64,000 bases of DNA from Planctomycetota bacterium (GCA_965248575.1 CBDFJQ010000002.1:1408001-1472000), one strand, 5' to 3'; positions 37,523 to 48,028 are shown, counted from the first letter of the stretch. Translations and numbers: made by a program. The notes: a model not told the origin generated them from the letters alone.

Positions 37523-38994
37523 GCCTATTCGGTGCCAGTTCGATCGGTGTGGACGTCACGGACGGCACCCTCAAGGCGGTCAAGCTCGTCCGCCGTGGCC
37601 GCAAGATCCGCCTGGCGGGTAGCTGGCGCATCCCCTATCACCGCAGCGAGGACCTCGCCCAGGGGGCCTTGGACGCGCTGCGCGAGTTCGCCAGCAACGT
37701 CCACCCCGATGGGCTGACCTCCGTGATCGTCTCGGCACCGGATCGTGGCCACTTCAGCCAGACCTATAAGGTGCCCACCATGCAGGCGGACCGCCTGGCG
37801 GAGATGGTGCGCTACGAAGTGCTCTCGGAGCTGAAGGCCCCGGCGGAGGAGGCACAGGTGAGCTTCCACGCTCGAAAGGGCGTGGTGGAACAACAGGTGC
37901 ATGCCGTCGCCTTCGACCCCGGACTGCTGGGCGAATTCGTAGGCAGCCTGCGGGGGGAGCGGATCCCCTTCGATGAGCTCCAGCCCCCAGGCTTCGCCCT
38001 GGCGTCCTTCCTTGAGCACGAGCAGCCCCTAGGGCGCGACCGCATCATGCTCGGCGTCGGCGAGCGAGCCACGCACCTGGTCCTGATCCGGGAAGACGGA
38101 CTCTGGACCCGGCATCTCCCCTTCGGGCTCAGAGCTGAGGCGGCCGTGCCCGTCCTGGCCGAGCGCCTGGCGAGCGAAGTGGCCGCGGCCGTCTCGGCCC
38201 TGCTGCCAGAGGACTCCCCCTTCCGCCCAACGGATGTGGTCCTGACAGAGGAGGGCGCGCTGAGCGCCAAGCTCACCACAGAACTGACTCGCGCCATGGC
38301 GCTTCCCGTGACTCGCTTCGGGGAACTGCCTCGCATCGAGACGGGCAGCCGCCTGGGACAAGGGGACGCCACCGCCGCGCAGACCCTCGCCATGGCCAAA
38401 GCCATGGGGCTCGCCCTGACGGGCCTGGGCGTGGCGCGCTTTCCGTGCCCGCTCGTGAGCGGCAACCCCCGTCGGGCGGCCATCCGTACCCTGCCCTTGG
38501 CCGCAGCGGGCCTAGTTCTGTCCTCGCTGGGGCTGTTCGGCCTGACGCATCTGGCCGTCCAGAGAGCCGACTCCCTGACCCATGCGCTCTCGGAGGACCT
38601 GCCCGGCGAGCTGCGCAACATCCATGAGCGCAGCCAGGAAACCCGGGCTGAGCTGGGGGCACTCGAGGCGCGCGCCGATGGGCTGCTGTCCCTGGCCAAC
38701 CGTCGTCCAGCCGTGCTGGCCGTGCGTACGGCTCTGAGCCGAGTGGCCGAAGTCGTGGCCACCCGTGGCAGCGAAGCGCTGCACGTGGACAGCGCATGGC
38801 TGGCCCCCGGCGACTCCCATCAGCCTGCTCACCTGACCATCACCCTGGATGCCGACCCAGCACGGGATGAGACCCTGGGTTCCCAGCTCACGGAGACCTT
38901 TCGGGGCGTGTTCTCAGACGTCAGTCTGAGGGGCCCGGAAGCTGCCCCAACCCGGGGGCTCTCGCGCTGGATCGTGGAGGTCACCCTCCCATGA
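37519..38994 (+). CDS. PilM-like actin-fold domain fused to a TM helix and a PilN-like periplasmic region (GspL-like architecture)
   Basis: IGVDVTDGTLKAVKL, MVRYE, LGVGERATHLVL, WTRHLPFG and AMGLALTGL follow the PilM pattern. A TM helix (LAAAGLVLSSLGLFGL) and a coiled coil follow. ATGA overlap with the UDG gene. Confidence 0.72.
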   Translation: MSLFGASSIGVDVTDGTLKAVKLVRRGRKIRLAGSWRIPYHRSEDLAQGALDALREFASNVHPDGLTSVIVSAPDRGHFSQTYKVPTMQADRLAEMVRYEVLSELKAPAEEAQVSFHARKGVVEQQVHAVAFDPGLLGEFVGSLRGERIPFDELQPPGFALASFLEHEQPLGRDRIMLGVGERATHLVLIREDGLWTRHLPFGLRAEAAVPVLAERLASEVAAAVSALLPEDSPFRPTDVVLTEEGALSAKLTTELTRAMALPVTRFGELPRIETGSRLGQGDATAAQTLAMAKAMGLALTGLGVARFPCPLVSGNPRRAAIRTLPLAAAGLVLSSLGLFGLTHLAVQRADSLTHALSEDLPGELRNIHERSQETRAELGALEARADGLLSLANRRPAVLAVRTALSRVAEVVATRGSEALHVDSAWLAPGDSHQPAHLTITLDADPARDETLGSQLTETFRGVFSDVSLRGPEAAPTRGLSRWIVEVTLP

Positions 38995-39710
38995 GGCTTC
39001 TCGCTGCGTTGCTCGCAACCCTGTTCCTTTCCTCAGCGGTGGTTTTCGCGGTCGTCGGCCTGGATGCCCAGGAACGGGCCAAGGACGCCCATGTGGCCCT
39101 CTTGGCACGCCTGGATGCCGTTCAGGAGGCCCGCAGCGCGATTCCCCCAGTGTCCTATACGGCGGCCCAGGCGCTCACCGCCGAGCGGACACGCCTAGCG
39201 GAGCTGGGGAATCAGCGCCTGGCCATGCTCACGGATGAGCGCTACGCGCCCCCCGTGCAGGAGCTCTCGGCGGTCCTGGACGCTCTGGATGCCCAGGGCC
39301 TCCAGCCAGGAGATCCGCTGCGCAGCCAGGTCGAGGCCTGGGCTGCCTCAGATGGCAGCAGCGCTGCGAGCCTCTCCAGGCTCCTGTCCTTCGTGCATCG
39401 GTCCGGAATCCAAGAGGTGGAGGACCTGGATCGGCGAATGGAGGACAGCCTGCGAATTCCGGACCTCCAAACCGGCTCCTGGGAGCTGGTGGTCGTGAGC
39501 GAGATGCACCACGTCCTGGACCTGCTCGAACAGCTCGTGCCGGGACGGGGCGATCCCGTGCTCAGTGTGACGGGGGCCTCCTTGCGTCGGATCGACCGCA
39601 GCCTGTGGTCCACGACGCCCGGAAGCCTCGACACCCCCCCGGTCCGCCTCTGGCTGCGCCTCGAGAGCCACACGCACCAAGGCGCTCGCGACGTAGAGGG
39701 CAACCCATGA
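38991..39710 (+). CDS. PilO/GspM-like bitopic membrane protein
   Basis: N-terminal TM, coiled coil and a ferredoxin-like alpha/beta pattern (WELVVVSEMHHVLDLLEQL...VRLWLRLE). Position directly after the PilMN-like gene, with ATGA overlap. Confidence 0.55.
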   Translation: MRLLAALLATLFLSSAVVFAVVGLDAQERAKDAHVALLARLDAVQEARSAIPPVSYTAAQALTAERTRLAELGNQRLAMLTDERYAPPVQELSAVLDALDAQGLQPGDPLRSQVEAWAASDGSSAASLSRLLSFVHRSGIQEVEDLDRRMEDSLRIPDLQTGSWELVVVSEMHHVLDLLEQLVPGRGDPVLSVTGASLRRIDRSLWSTTPGSLDTPPVRLWLRLESHTHQGARDVEGNP

Positions 39711-40786
39711 GCGGCCTCCAGACGCGTCGCGGCCGATTTCTCATGTTGGCAGGTTCGGGGCTTGCCACGGTCGTCTTCGCCCTTGCCTTATTCGTACATA
39801 GTCGCTTATATAGCAACGACTTAAGCCGTGCAGAGCGTTTGACGGAGCAGGTTCGGCAGCGACTGGATGCCCAGCCAGAAAACCCCGTCCGCCTGCTTCC
39901 GGGGCATGCCTCTGAAGGCTTCGAGGCCGCCCTTCGACAGGCCCCGGTTCGTGCAGCCACTGCTCTGGATGCTCTCCTTTTGTACGACGAATCCGAGAGG
40001 AGCAGCTTTGCCGCCCTGAGGTGGCCCGGCGGTGTTGCTGAAGCGCTGCCCACCAGCGGATTGCTGGCTCCCCAGGGGGTGTCCGCCGTCTACGAGGCAG
40101 GCGCTGTCTCCGTCCGATGGACAGTCGCGCCGGCGACGCGTGACGTCATTGCCGGGCAACTGGACCTGGATCAACAGGTCGGACACCGCATCTACAGGAC
40201 CGTGCACAATCTCCAGGGCCTGGGAGACTCCAGCCGGGCCTCCACCACTCCAGAGTGGGTCGCCAGCCTCGATCACAGCACCACCCGCTGGCGCGACGAC
40301 GACATGCCCCTCACCGGAGGGGAGCTGTCCTACGAGGTCTGGACGGTCCTGCTCCGAGCCACATCCAACGAGACACCAACCCTGGTGCGGTCGGAGAGCG
40401 GCGAATTGGTTACCGTCACCGTCCCTGAGCACTTCAGGCTGCAGTTGGTCTCCGGGGACGACGAGTCGGTCGTCCTGTCCATGGAAGTAGGGCCTGCCTC
40501 CATGCCGGTTGCCGTCCATCACCTCACGCTCTCGCCCGGTGATCCGGTCGTGGCGGGAGAATGGTCCACCGGACTGACCGTCCGCAGCCTGGAATTGCTG
40601 ATCGAAGATCGCCTCACAACGCGCACCCGCCTGGTCTTTACGAGTGAAGCCCGGCTAGTGCTCGACCCCGTCACAAACACCCCCCGAACGTCCGATACGC
40701 AAGTCCTCATGCCGCAGACGCGCTTGGTTGCTACCCTGGCCGCCCCTTCAGGCGCGACCCGACGTCTGGAGCTGGACTTGCAGTGA
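39707..40786 (+). CDS. Membrane-anchored protein with fibronectin type III-like domain (occupies the PilP position)
   Basis: N-terminal TM, then the FN3 pattern APQGVSA..VSVRW..GHRIYR..WRDD..SYEV. Overlaps both neighbours. Confidence 0.6.
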   Translation: MSGLQTRRGRFLMLAGSGLATVVFALALFVHSRLYSNDLSRAERLTEQVRQRLDAQPENPVRLLPGHASEGFEAALRQAPVRAATALDALLLYDESERSSFAALRWPGGVAEALPTSGLLAPQGVSAVYEAGAVSVRWTVAPATRDVIAGQLDLDQQVGHRIYRTVHNLQGLGDSSRASTTPEWVASLDHSTTRWRDDDMPLTGGELSYEVWTVLLRATSNETPTLVRSESGELVTVTVPEHFRLQLVSGDDESVVLSMEVGPASMPVAVHHLTLSPGDPVVAGEWSTGLTVRSLELLIEDRLTTRTRLVFTSEARLVLDPVTNTPRTSDTQVLMPQTRLVATLAAPSGATRRLELDLQ

Positions 40787-43572
40787 GCAAACCCCGCCCC
40801 CGGAACCGGCCGCCCATGCTGCCCAACCTGCGTTTTCTCCGCCCCACCTCGATGGTGGGTCTCGGTCTCTTGGCCCTGTTCTCGGCCTCGTCCCTGTCTA
40901 GCTGCGGAACTCTGTCTCCGCAATCGGATGAGGCGAACCCAGAGCTCGCTACCTCCCAGTCGGAGCTGCCCCCAGCTTCTGCGACCAGCGCCGAGCAGAG
41001 CCCCGAAGCTCTCGCTGCCGGAGATGCCGAAGCCCTGCGCGACTACGCTGTCGAAGTGCAACGCATCCGCGCCACGTCGCCGACGACCGTCGAGCCAGGC
41101 AACACGCCTGCGAACGTGAGCCAGGACGCCAATCAACTCGTTCAGGATGCGCGAGCACACACGCAGCTCGTCGAACAGCGTCTGGCCTTGCTCGTGGAGA
41201 GCTTCCTCGATGAGGGACTCGTGCTGCTTGAACAGGGTGATGTCGCGAGCGCGCACGAACAGTTCGTGCATGCCTACGAGTTGGATCCCGACCACCCTGT
41301 GGCTCGTGCCATGTGGGCGCAGACGGGCACCTTGCTCGGTGACGACCAGGCCGAGCTGAGTGCCGTGGCCCAGAACGCACGGGATCTCGAGACCGTGCGC
41401 CGGGGACAGCGTCGCCTGTTGGTCGACAACCACATTCAGCAGGGCCGCAAGGCCATGGCCGAAGGCGACGCCGATGCCGCCGCCCTCCATTTCGAGGACG
41501 CCCTCTCGCTGGTGCGCTTCAACCCGGATGTCTCGGGAGACGGTGTCAGCGAAGCTGACGTCCAAGGCATGGTGGACGATGCCCGCGCCCAGGCCCGGGC
41601 TGCCAAGGAATCGCGCGAGGCCGCCGTGGCCGAGGAGGCCCGTCAGCGCCAGGAAGAGTTCCAGTTTGCCGAGCGCAACCGCCTCACCCTGAAGGTGGAT
41701 GGCCTCTTGAGCGCCGCCAATACATCTTTCCTGAAGGATGATTTCGCGGCCACCATCGCGAGCCTCGACGAGCTTCTGCGCCTGGCTCCGAAGAACGAAG
41801 AAGCCCTGAACTTGCGCAAGATCGCGACCCGCGCCACCTACGAAAAGGACGCCCAGAACATCCGGGTTGAGTACCGCGAGGCTTGGGTCGACACCTTTGA
41901 CGATCTGGTCAACGACTCCATCATTCCCAACGACATCCTGAGCTTCCCGTCGTCGCGCGAATGGCAGAAGACCGTCGACCGGGGCCCGCGCACCTTCGCG
42001 GACCGCAACAGCGATCGCACCGACTCTGACCAGGCCATTCTCGATCGCCTGGACGAGGTGCGCATTCCGGTGGACTTCCAGGGTGCTGACCTGAGCGAGG
42101 TGCTCGGGCACCTGCAGAGCGTCTCGGGCATCAACTTCCTGATGTCCCAGGACGTGGAAGACGAGCTGGGCAGCAACACCTACGACCTGGTGGATCGCGC
42201 CAGCCTGCCCCTCTCGCGCATCCTGAAGATCATCCTGGAGGATCTCAGCATCCCCCAGATGACCTACAACGTGAAGAATGGCGTGGCACGGATCATCACC
42301 ACCAGCGAGTCGCACGGCGACTACGTGCTGGAGATGTACGACATCCGCGACCTCACCTTCACGCCGGTGGATCATGCAACCAAGGACTTCAACCTGCTGC
42401 CCTCGGGCACGGATGAGGAGAGCTTCACCGACGGCGTGGAAGAGGACGACCCCCTTCCGTTGGTGAGCGAAGACACCCTGCTGGCTCTCATCCAGGACAA
42501 CATCTCACCGGACTCCTGGACCGACGATCCCGCCCGCAGCATCAACCAGATGCCTGGCACCCTCGTGGTCAAGACGACGCGCGACGTGCACGCCCAGATC
42601 GGGCAGCTGCTCATGGACCTGCGCAAGAACACCCTGACGCTGGTGCACATCGAGACGCGCTTCATCGAGGTCGAGGACAGCTTCCTCGAGGACATCGGCG
42701 TCGACCTGCGTGGGCTCTCTCCCGCACAGGGCGCCAGCCTCGAAGACTTCGGTCAGCCCAACGCCGGTGGCGTGGGTACCCCGAGCAACCCGTCCGGCAT
42801 CGGTACGGGCATCGACACGGGCGCCTTCTACCCGGGCACCCACGGCGACCTGAAGGGCCGCACCGAACACCTGTTCGATTCAGTGCTTGGCGAATCGGAC
42901 GTGCTGACCGGTGGAGGTGGCTTGTCGCTCGAAGCCTTGTTCCTGGACGACACCAACGTCAACGCGGTCTTGCGAGCGGTGACCAAGTACCAGAACTCCA
43001 ACATCGTCAACGCTCCGAGCCTGACCCTGCGCAGCGGCAACCGCGGCAACATCAACGTGCTCACCAACCGCACCTATGTGCGGGACTTCGAGCCTGAGAT
43101 CGCGCAGGCAGCCGTCATCGCCCAGCCGGAGCTGGGTGTGGTGCAGGACGGCATCGTGCTCGACGTACGTGCCGTCGCCTCGGCGGACCGCCGCTTCATC
43201 ACCTTGGAGCTGCGACCCACCCTGGCGGAGCTCATCCCGGACGCCACGGGAGACCCGCTTCCGGAAGCGCTCGTGAGCTTGGGAACGCCCAACGCCAACA
43301 ACGTGACGATTCAGCTCCCCGAGCTGAAGATCCAGCGTCTGCGCACCACAGCGACCATCCCGGACGGCGCCACACTGCTCCTGGGCGGCCTCAAGACCTC
43401 CATCGAGCAGGACAACCGCTCAGAGACGCCGTTCCTGGCCGACATCCCCATCATCGGATTCTTCTTCTCTCGGCAGGGCCAGTACACGAGCAAGCGCAAG
43501 CTGCTCATCCTGCTGACGGCGACGATCCTCTCCCCCGAGGAGACGGAGCCCGGCCCAGGATTCAATCGCTGA
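40783..43572 (+). CDS. Secretin 1 (GspD/PilQ superfamily) with lipoprotein signal and N-terminal TPR-like/helical region
   Basis: Lipobox LSSC. N-domain IPVDFQGADLSEVL. Secretin core NAPSLTLRSG, GIVLDV, TTATIPDGATLLLGGL, PFLADIPIIGFFF and LLILLTATI. Confidence 0.9.
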   Translation: MSKPRPRNRPPMLPNLRFLRPTSMVGLGLLALFSASSLSSCGTLSPQSDEANPELATSQSELPPASATSAEQSPEALAAGDAEALRDYAVEVQRIRATSPTTVEPGNTPANVSQDANQLVQDARAHTQLVEQRLALLVESFLDEGLVLLEQGDVASAHEQFVHAYELDPDHPVARAMWAQTGTLLGDDQAELSAVAQNARDLETVRRGQRRLLVDNHIQQGRKAMAEGDADAAALHFEDALSLVRFNPDVSGDGVSEADVQGMVDDARAQARAAKESREAAVAEEARQRQEEFQFAERNRLTLKVDGLLSAANTSFLKDDFAATIASLDELLRLAPKNEEALNLRKIATRATYEKDAQNIRVEYREAWVDTFDDLVNDSIIPNDILSFPSSREWQKTVDRGPRTFADRNSDRTDSDQAILDRLDEVRIPVDFQGADLSEVLGHLQSVSGINFLMSQDVEDELGSNTYDLVDRASLPLSRILKIILEDLSIPQMTYNVKNGVARIITTSESHGDYVLEMYDIRDLTFTPVDHATKDFNLLPSGTDEESFTDGVEEDDPLPLVSEDTLLALIQDNISPDSWTDDPARSINQMPGTLVVKTTRDVHAQIGQLLMDLRKNTLTLVHIETRFIEVEDSFLEDIGVDLRGLSPAQGASLEDFGQPNAGGVGTPSNPSGIGTGIDTGAFYPGTHGDLKGRTEHLFDSVLGESDVLTGGGGLSLEALFLDDTNVNAVLRAVTKYQNSNIVNAPSLTLRSGNRGNINVLTNRTYVRDFEPEIAQAAVIAQPELGVVQDGIVLDVRAVASADRRFITLELRPTLAELIPDATGDPLPEALVSLGTPNANNVTIQLPELKIQRLRTTATIPDGATLLLGGLKTSIEQDNRSETPFLADIPIIGFFFSRQGQYTSKRKLLILLTATILSPEETEPGPGFNR

Positions 43573-43780
43573 GGTAAGAAGAGGACGATCTCGGCGTGAC
43601 TGCCGGGTAGGAATTGCCTTTAGACATTGATCGAGGGTGCGATCGCGCATCGAACCCTCAGCACCGTACGAACCCGGCTCCCAGTCTCTCCCCCGCTTCA
43701 TGCGCCGCATGGGGTGGCCAAGAGGCCTGGAGGTGGGTTCGTCTCCATGCACCGCTCCCTTTCTAAGCCCAGCGCCACTC

Positions 43781-46642
43781 ATGAACGGATCTTCCCTGCT
43801 GACGGCTTCGCTCACGGCCCTCGCCCTCTTCGCCATGCCAGCCGTGGCTGGGGCGACGTCGACGTTCACCGTCGCCGATGAGGATCAAATAGCTCTGCTG
43901 GCCGATGATCTGCGTTTCGCGGAGGCCCTGGCCGTCAATCGCTTCTACGCCCTCGCAGACGAAGTGGTGGTCAACACGACGGCCAAGATCAACGAACTCG
44001 GTTCTGATGAGGTGGAGCTGGCAGGAGATGCCAGCCTGGTGAAGGCCCGCGTCGCCATTCGTCGCAGTGATTCCACCGCGGATCCGGACTTGCGCGAGGC
44101 GGCCATGACGAGCGCCATCGAGGAATTGCGGGACTGGTCCCGTCCCGGCTCGGCCTTTGCGTTCCTGGATCGCATGACGGATGCCCTCGAAGATCTGGCC
44201 AAGACCCTGGGGGAACGCGGCAAGGAGTACGCCCGTCGCGCAGCGGAGGGCCAGGCAGATGCCCAGGCGGCTGCCGATGCCGACTTCAAGGAAGCCGATG
44301 ACGTCTTCCAGGACCTGCGCAAGGAGTCCGCCTCACGAGCGAGCCAGCTCGAAGGGGAAGAGAAGCTCGACGCCGCCGAGGCAATGAACGCCAAGGCCGC
44401 CCTGACCTACTACCTGCGTGGCCTCAACTCGGTGGACTGGTCTGACGTCGCCACGGATCGTGAGTTCCGCCTCGAACAAGCGATCGAGATGATCGATGAG
44501 TTCCTGTGGGAGGTGAGCGAGGAAACCCTCGTCTACTACAGCGCCACCTACGAGATGGCCCGGGCCTACGCCAAGCTCGGCGAGCCGGACGACGCTCGCG
44601 AGCTGCTGGAGAACGTCCTCGAATTGGGGACTCCGATCTTCTGGGAGTACCAGGGCGAGAACATCGTGGGCGAGTTCAGCCCCGGTCTGCAGCGGATCAT
44701 CGGCGGACTGTTCGACAGCGTGTGGGGTTACCTCGCGCTGCTGGACGTTGAGCAGGGCAACCTGGCCGGCGCCACGGCGCGCATCGACGCCATGCTCGCG
44801 GAACACGAGACGAAGCAAGTCCCCATGGGACGTTCGGGCCACGAAGTTCTGCTCGACTGGGCCAGGAAGTTGGCCGAGCTAGGCAAGACCGGTGAGGCCT
44901 CCGAGCTCGCCTTGCGCGTCTCCGTGGAAGGACGTGGCACGCCTCCTGGAGGACTCGCAGAGGTCTTCCTCTCGTCGCTTATCACGGGCGGATCGGTGGT
45001 GATCGATTCCCCCGACGCTCTCAAGTCCGCCGCGGACGGTTTCTTCGCCGAGAAGAACTACTCGGAGGCGTCGTACTACTATCTGCGCGCCGCCAGCCTG
45101 CTGAACACACCCGAAGAGAAGGCGGCCATGAGCTACCAGTGCTGGCAAAATGCCGGCCGCGCTCTGCGCTACCTGGGACGCCACCTGGAGGCGGCCACGG
45201 CCTTCGAGCAGGCCCTCGACGCTGCCTCAGCTCACCATGCGGCTGAGATCGACAAGGTCGAAAACGCTGCGAACCTCATGTACCAGAGCTTCGCCAGCCG
45301 CTATGTCGAGACTCAGGACGCGTTCGACAAATCCCTGCGCGATGGCGCCAGCCAACGCATCGTCAGCATGGGCTTGGACCTCGATGTCCAGTTCGGCAAA
45401 GCCTACGAAGCATTTGGGGACATCCAGTCTGGCGACACCCAGGCGGCGTTGGCTGTTCTGGCCGAGTTCGAGGCGGTTCCCGAGAGCTCCGCCAACTACG
45501 AGCGCGCGCTGGTGTATGCGGCGCGTTGCCTAAATGCAGCGGGGCGCATCGACGATGCGATCAAGCGCTTCCAGGTCATGGAAGACCGGATTGCGGACTC
45601 CAGCCTGGAGCCCACCAATGACAACGCGCGCAACAAGCGCGAGGTCGCGCTGGCCGAAGAGCGCTACTTCCACGCCGCACTGCTCATCGACGCTGAGGTA
45701 AACCGCCCCACCCACGCCCTGGCGTTGCTGGAAGGCTTTGAAGAGGCAGCCGCCACTCAGGAGAGCTTTCACCCCCGGGTGAAGTGGGAACGGGTCGTTG
45801 CCTACTCCATGGCGGGCTTGGTGGACGAAGCCGAAGAGGCCCTGCAAATCCTGCAGGAGTCCGCCGGAGTGCAGCCGACGTTCGTCGCAACAGCGGCCTT
45901 CCGGGTCGCCAACGCTCTGAAGGCCAAGAGCGACGAAGCCAAGGATGCGGAGGAGTTGGCGAGCAGCCGCGCGCTGCTCAACCGTGCTGCGGCTGCTCTG
46001 GAAACCTATGCCATTGCGGACGGCTTCTCCTCCTACCGCAACCTGCTCACCAATGGTCAGTGGTACCTGAGCGCCCAAGAGGGTGAGTCGGCCCTGCGCC
46101 TCTTCGAGAAGGCCATCGAAATCCACGCCGACGACGTCTCGATGAGCGACCTGGACAGCGCATACGTGGGCTTGGCTCGCACCTACGATCACATGCTCAA
46201 CTTCGCCCAGTCGCGCCCTGTTTGGCTCGACCTGCTGAACCGCAACCCCAACACCGTTTCCATCCGGCGCGGGGCCGCACGCAGCCTCGGCGGCTGGCTC
46301 CAGGTCCAGGAAGACGGCAGCGTGGTCGAGATCCCCGGCGCGGGTGACTACGACATGGCCCACGACATCTGGGCCGACCTCTTCAAGAGCGCCAAGGCCG
46401 GTACCAACAAGTTCACCTCGCTCTACTGGGAAGCCAAGCTGGGCAGCATCGACACCTGGTACCGGCAGCGGGCCGCCGACCCTGAGAAGGCCCGCAAGGC
46501 ACGCACGGTCCTCGACCAGCTGCGCCTCTTCAATCCGAACTACGACAAGGACACCATCGAGAACCTGGCCCCTGAGCTGCAGTACGAGCCGCTTTTCGCT
46601 CCGCTCTTCCGCCACCTCGAGCGCAACCTACCCACCAGCTGA
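43781..46642 (+). CDS. Large acidic exported TPR/alpha-solenoid protein
   Basis: Signal peptide from ATG 43781, then ~950 aa of helical repeats with TPR-like patterns (YEMARAYAKLGEPDDARELLE; ALVYAARCLNAAGRIDDAIKRF). Confidence 0.78.
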   Translation: MNGSSLLTASLTALALFAMPAVAGATSTFTVADEDQIALLADDLRFAEALAVNRFYALADEVVVNTTAKINELGSDEVELAGDASLVKARVAIRRSDSTADPDLREAAMTSAIEELRDWSRPGSAFAFLDRMTDALEDLAKTLGERGKEYARRAAEGQADAQAAADADFKEADDVFQDLRKESASRASQLEGEEKLDAAEAMNAKAALTYYLRGLNSVDWSDVATDREFRLEQAIEMIDEFLWEVSEETLVYYSATYEMARAYAKLGEPDDARELLENVLELGTPIFWEYQGENIVGEFSPGLQRIIGGLFDSVWGYLALLDVEQGNLAGATARIDAMLAEHETKQVPMGRSGHEVLLDWARKLAELGKTGEASELALRVSVEGRGTPPGGLAEVFLSSLITGGSVVIDSPDALKSAADGFFAEKNYSEASYYYLRAASLLNTPEEKAAMSYQCWQNAGRALRYLGRHLEAATAFEQALDAASAHHAAEIDKVENAANLMYQSFASRYVETQDAFDKSLRDGASQRIVSMGLDLDVQFGKAYEAFGDIQSGDTQAALAVLAEFEAVPESSANYERALVYAARCLNAAGRIDDAIKRFQVMEDRIADSSLEPTNDNARNKREVALAEERYFHAALLIDAEVNRPTHALALLEGFEEAAATQESFHPRVKWERVVAYSMAGLVDEAEEALQILQESAGVQPTFVATAAFRVANALKAKSDEAKDAEELASSRALLNRAAAALETYAIADGFSSYRNLLTNGQWYLSAQEGESALRLFEKAIEIHADDVSMSDLDSAYVGLARTYDHMLNFAQSRPVWLDLLNRNPNTVSIRRGAARSLGGWLQVQEDGSVVEIPGAGDYDMAHDIWADLFKSAKAGTNKFTSLYWEAKLGSIDTWYRQRAADPEKARKARTVLDQLRLFNPNYDKDTIENLAPELQYEPLFAPLFRHLERNLPTS

Positions 46643-46807
46643 GCCCCAGCTGGGGAAGCCCTCCTGGCAGCCCAGCTCTCCTGAGAGCCTCTCCCAGCCC
46701 CCAAGACACAGCCCACTGACCCCCGTATTCCTCCTCCTCCACGAGAACAAGGGACCCCTTGGCTCCGACGAGTTGCGCCCAAAGCGCACCAGAGCTGCTT
46801 GAGTCCG

Positions 46808-46836
46808 TTGATCGTTTTCAGGACCTGACCTAGAAT
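46808..46836 (+). promoter_or_regulatory. Sigma70-type internal promoter upstream of TPR2-exbB-exbD-exbD-secretin 2
   Basis: TTGATC-N17-TAGAAT, followed about 40 nt later by GGAG and GTG 46886. Confidence 0.6.
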
Positions 46837-46885
46837 GCCGCGCTTGCTTCGGCCCCCGACCGCGCAAACTTCCACGGAGTCCACC

Positions 46886-48028
46886 GTGTCTCTGCACCCC
46901 GTCCTCAAGCGGCTTGCCTCTGCCGCCCTCCTGCTTGCGGCATTCGTCCCGGCTGGGACCGCCTTCGGGCAGACAGCGGGTCGAATTGACGTGTTGAACA
47001 ACCGTGGGGAAGTCAGCCCCCTCGCCGGGGCGACCGTAGTCAGCGAGACCCTCGACGAGGTGCGCTTCACCCGGACGGGCAGCGAACGCACCGAGAACCG
47101 GCCCGCAGATCGCGTCGTCTTCATTGACTATGGGCCCGGTTCGGCCGCCTACAGCGGTGCCCAGGCTGCCTTGAAGACAGGAGACCTCCAGAATGCGGTC
47201 AACCTCTTTTCGGCCGCCGTCAACGACAAGACCCCGGCGTGGGTTTCAGCCCACGCCCTGCTCGGGCTGGCCGAGGCCCGCGCTGAGCAGGGTCAGGCTG
47301 CCGACGCCCGCGCGGCGGTGCAGCGCTTCCTGGATGAACAGACGAACCACCGCCTGACCCCCCGCGCCCTGCTCATCTCGGCACACCTGGCGGCCCAGGC
47401 GGGCGACCCAGGGCGAGCCCAGAGCGATGTGGACAAGGTCCTGGCCCTGGCCAGCAGTGGCAAGCTGACGCCGGACTGGGCCGTTCGCGCCCATCTGGCT
47501 CATGGGCAAGACCTCCTGGATGCCGGCGATTCAGACGCTGCCCGGACGGCCTTCACGGCAGCCGAGACCGCTTCCCGCACGGGAGCCTCCAACCTGGGTG
47601 CCCGTGAAGATCTTGCCGATGAGTTGGGCCGCTTGGCCCTCGCCGCCCGCAGTGGCATGGGCTCAGCCATCCTGGCCTCGGGCGATCTGCAGGGTGCTCG
47701 CAGCTTCTTTGACACCCTGGAGCGCGACGGTGGCGACAATTCCGCCATCCGCGTCGCCGCCCTGAATGGCAAGGCCGAGGCTGACTTCCTCGACGACGGC
47801 CGGCTCAAGGAAGCCCAATTGGGCTTCGCCCGGGCCGCCGTGCTCGGTGCCAGCATTGCGGATGAGCACGCCAAGGCTCTGTACTACCTCGGCCGATGCT
47901 GCGAGGCTCTCGGCCAGCAGGACGCTGAACCCAACGCGCGCAGCCGCGCACATCAATATTACAAGGACGTCGATCGTCGCTACCCCAGCACGCGCTGGGC
48001 TCGCCTCGCTCGCGAGTTGCTTCCCTGA
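46886..48028 (+). CDS. Exported TPR protein (BamD/CpoB-like C-terminal repeat)
   Basis: Signal peptide ending AFG-Q. TPR motifs AHALLGLAEARAEQG and AKALYYLGRCCEALG...YPSTRWA. Confidence 0.8.
   Translation: MSLHPVLKRLASAALLLAAFVPAGTAFGQTAGRIDVLNNRGEVSPLAGATVVSETLDEVRFTRTGSERTENRPADRVVFIDYGPGSAAYSGAQAALKTGDLQNAVNLFSAAVNDKTPAWVSAHALLGLAEARAEQGQAADARAAVQRFLDEQTNHRLTPRALLISAHLAAQAGDPGRAQSDVDKVLALASSGKLTPDWAVRAHLAHGQDLLDAGDSDAARTAFTAAETASRTGASNLGAREDLADELGRLALAARSGMGSAILASGDLQGARSFFDTLERDGGDNSAIRVAALNGKAEADFLDDGRLKEAQLGFARAAVLGASIADEHAKALYYLGRCCEALGQQDAEPNARSRAHQYYKDVDRRYPSTRWARLARELLP

Noticed and set aside
46643..46800. C-rich low-complexity intergenic stretch as a possible ncRNA or repeat array
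   Set aside because: No regular repeat unit or convincing stable structure seen.
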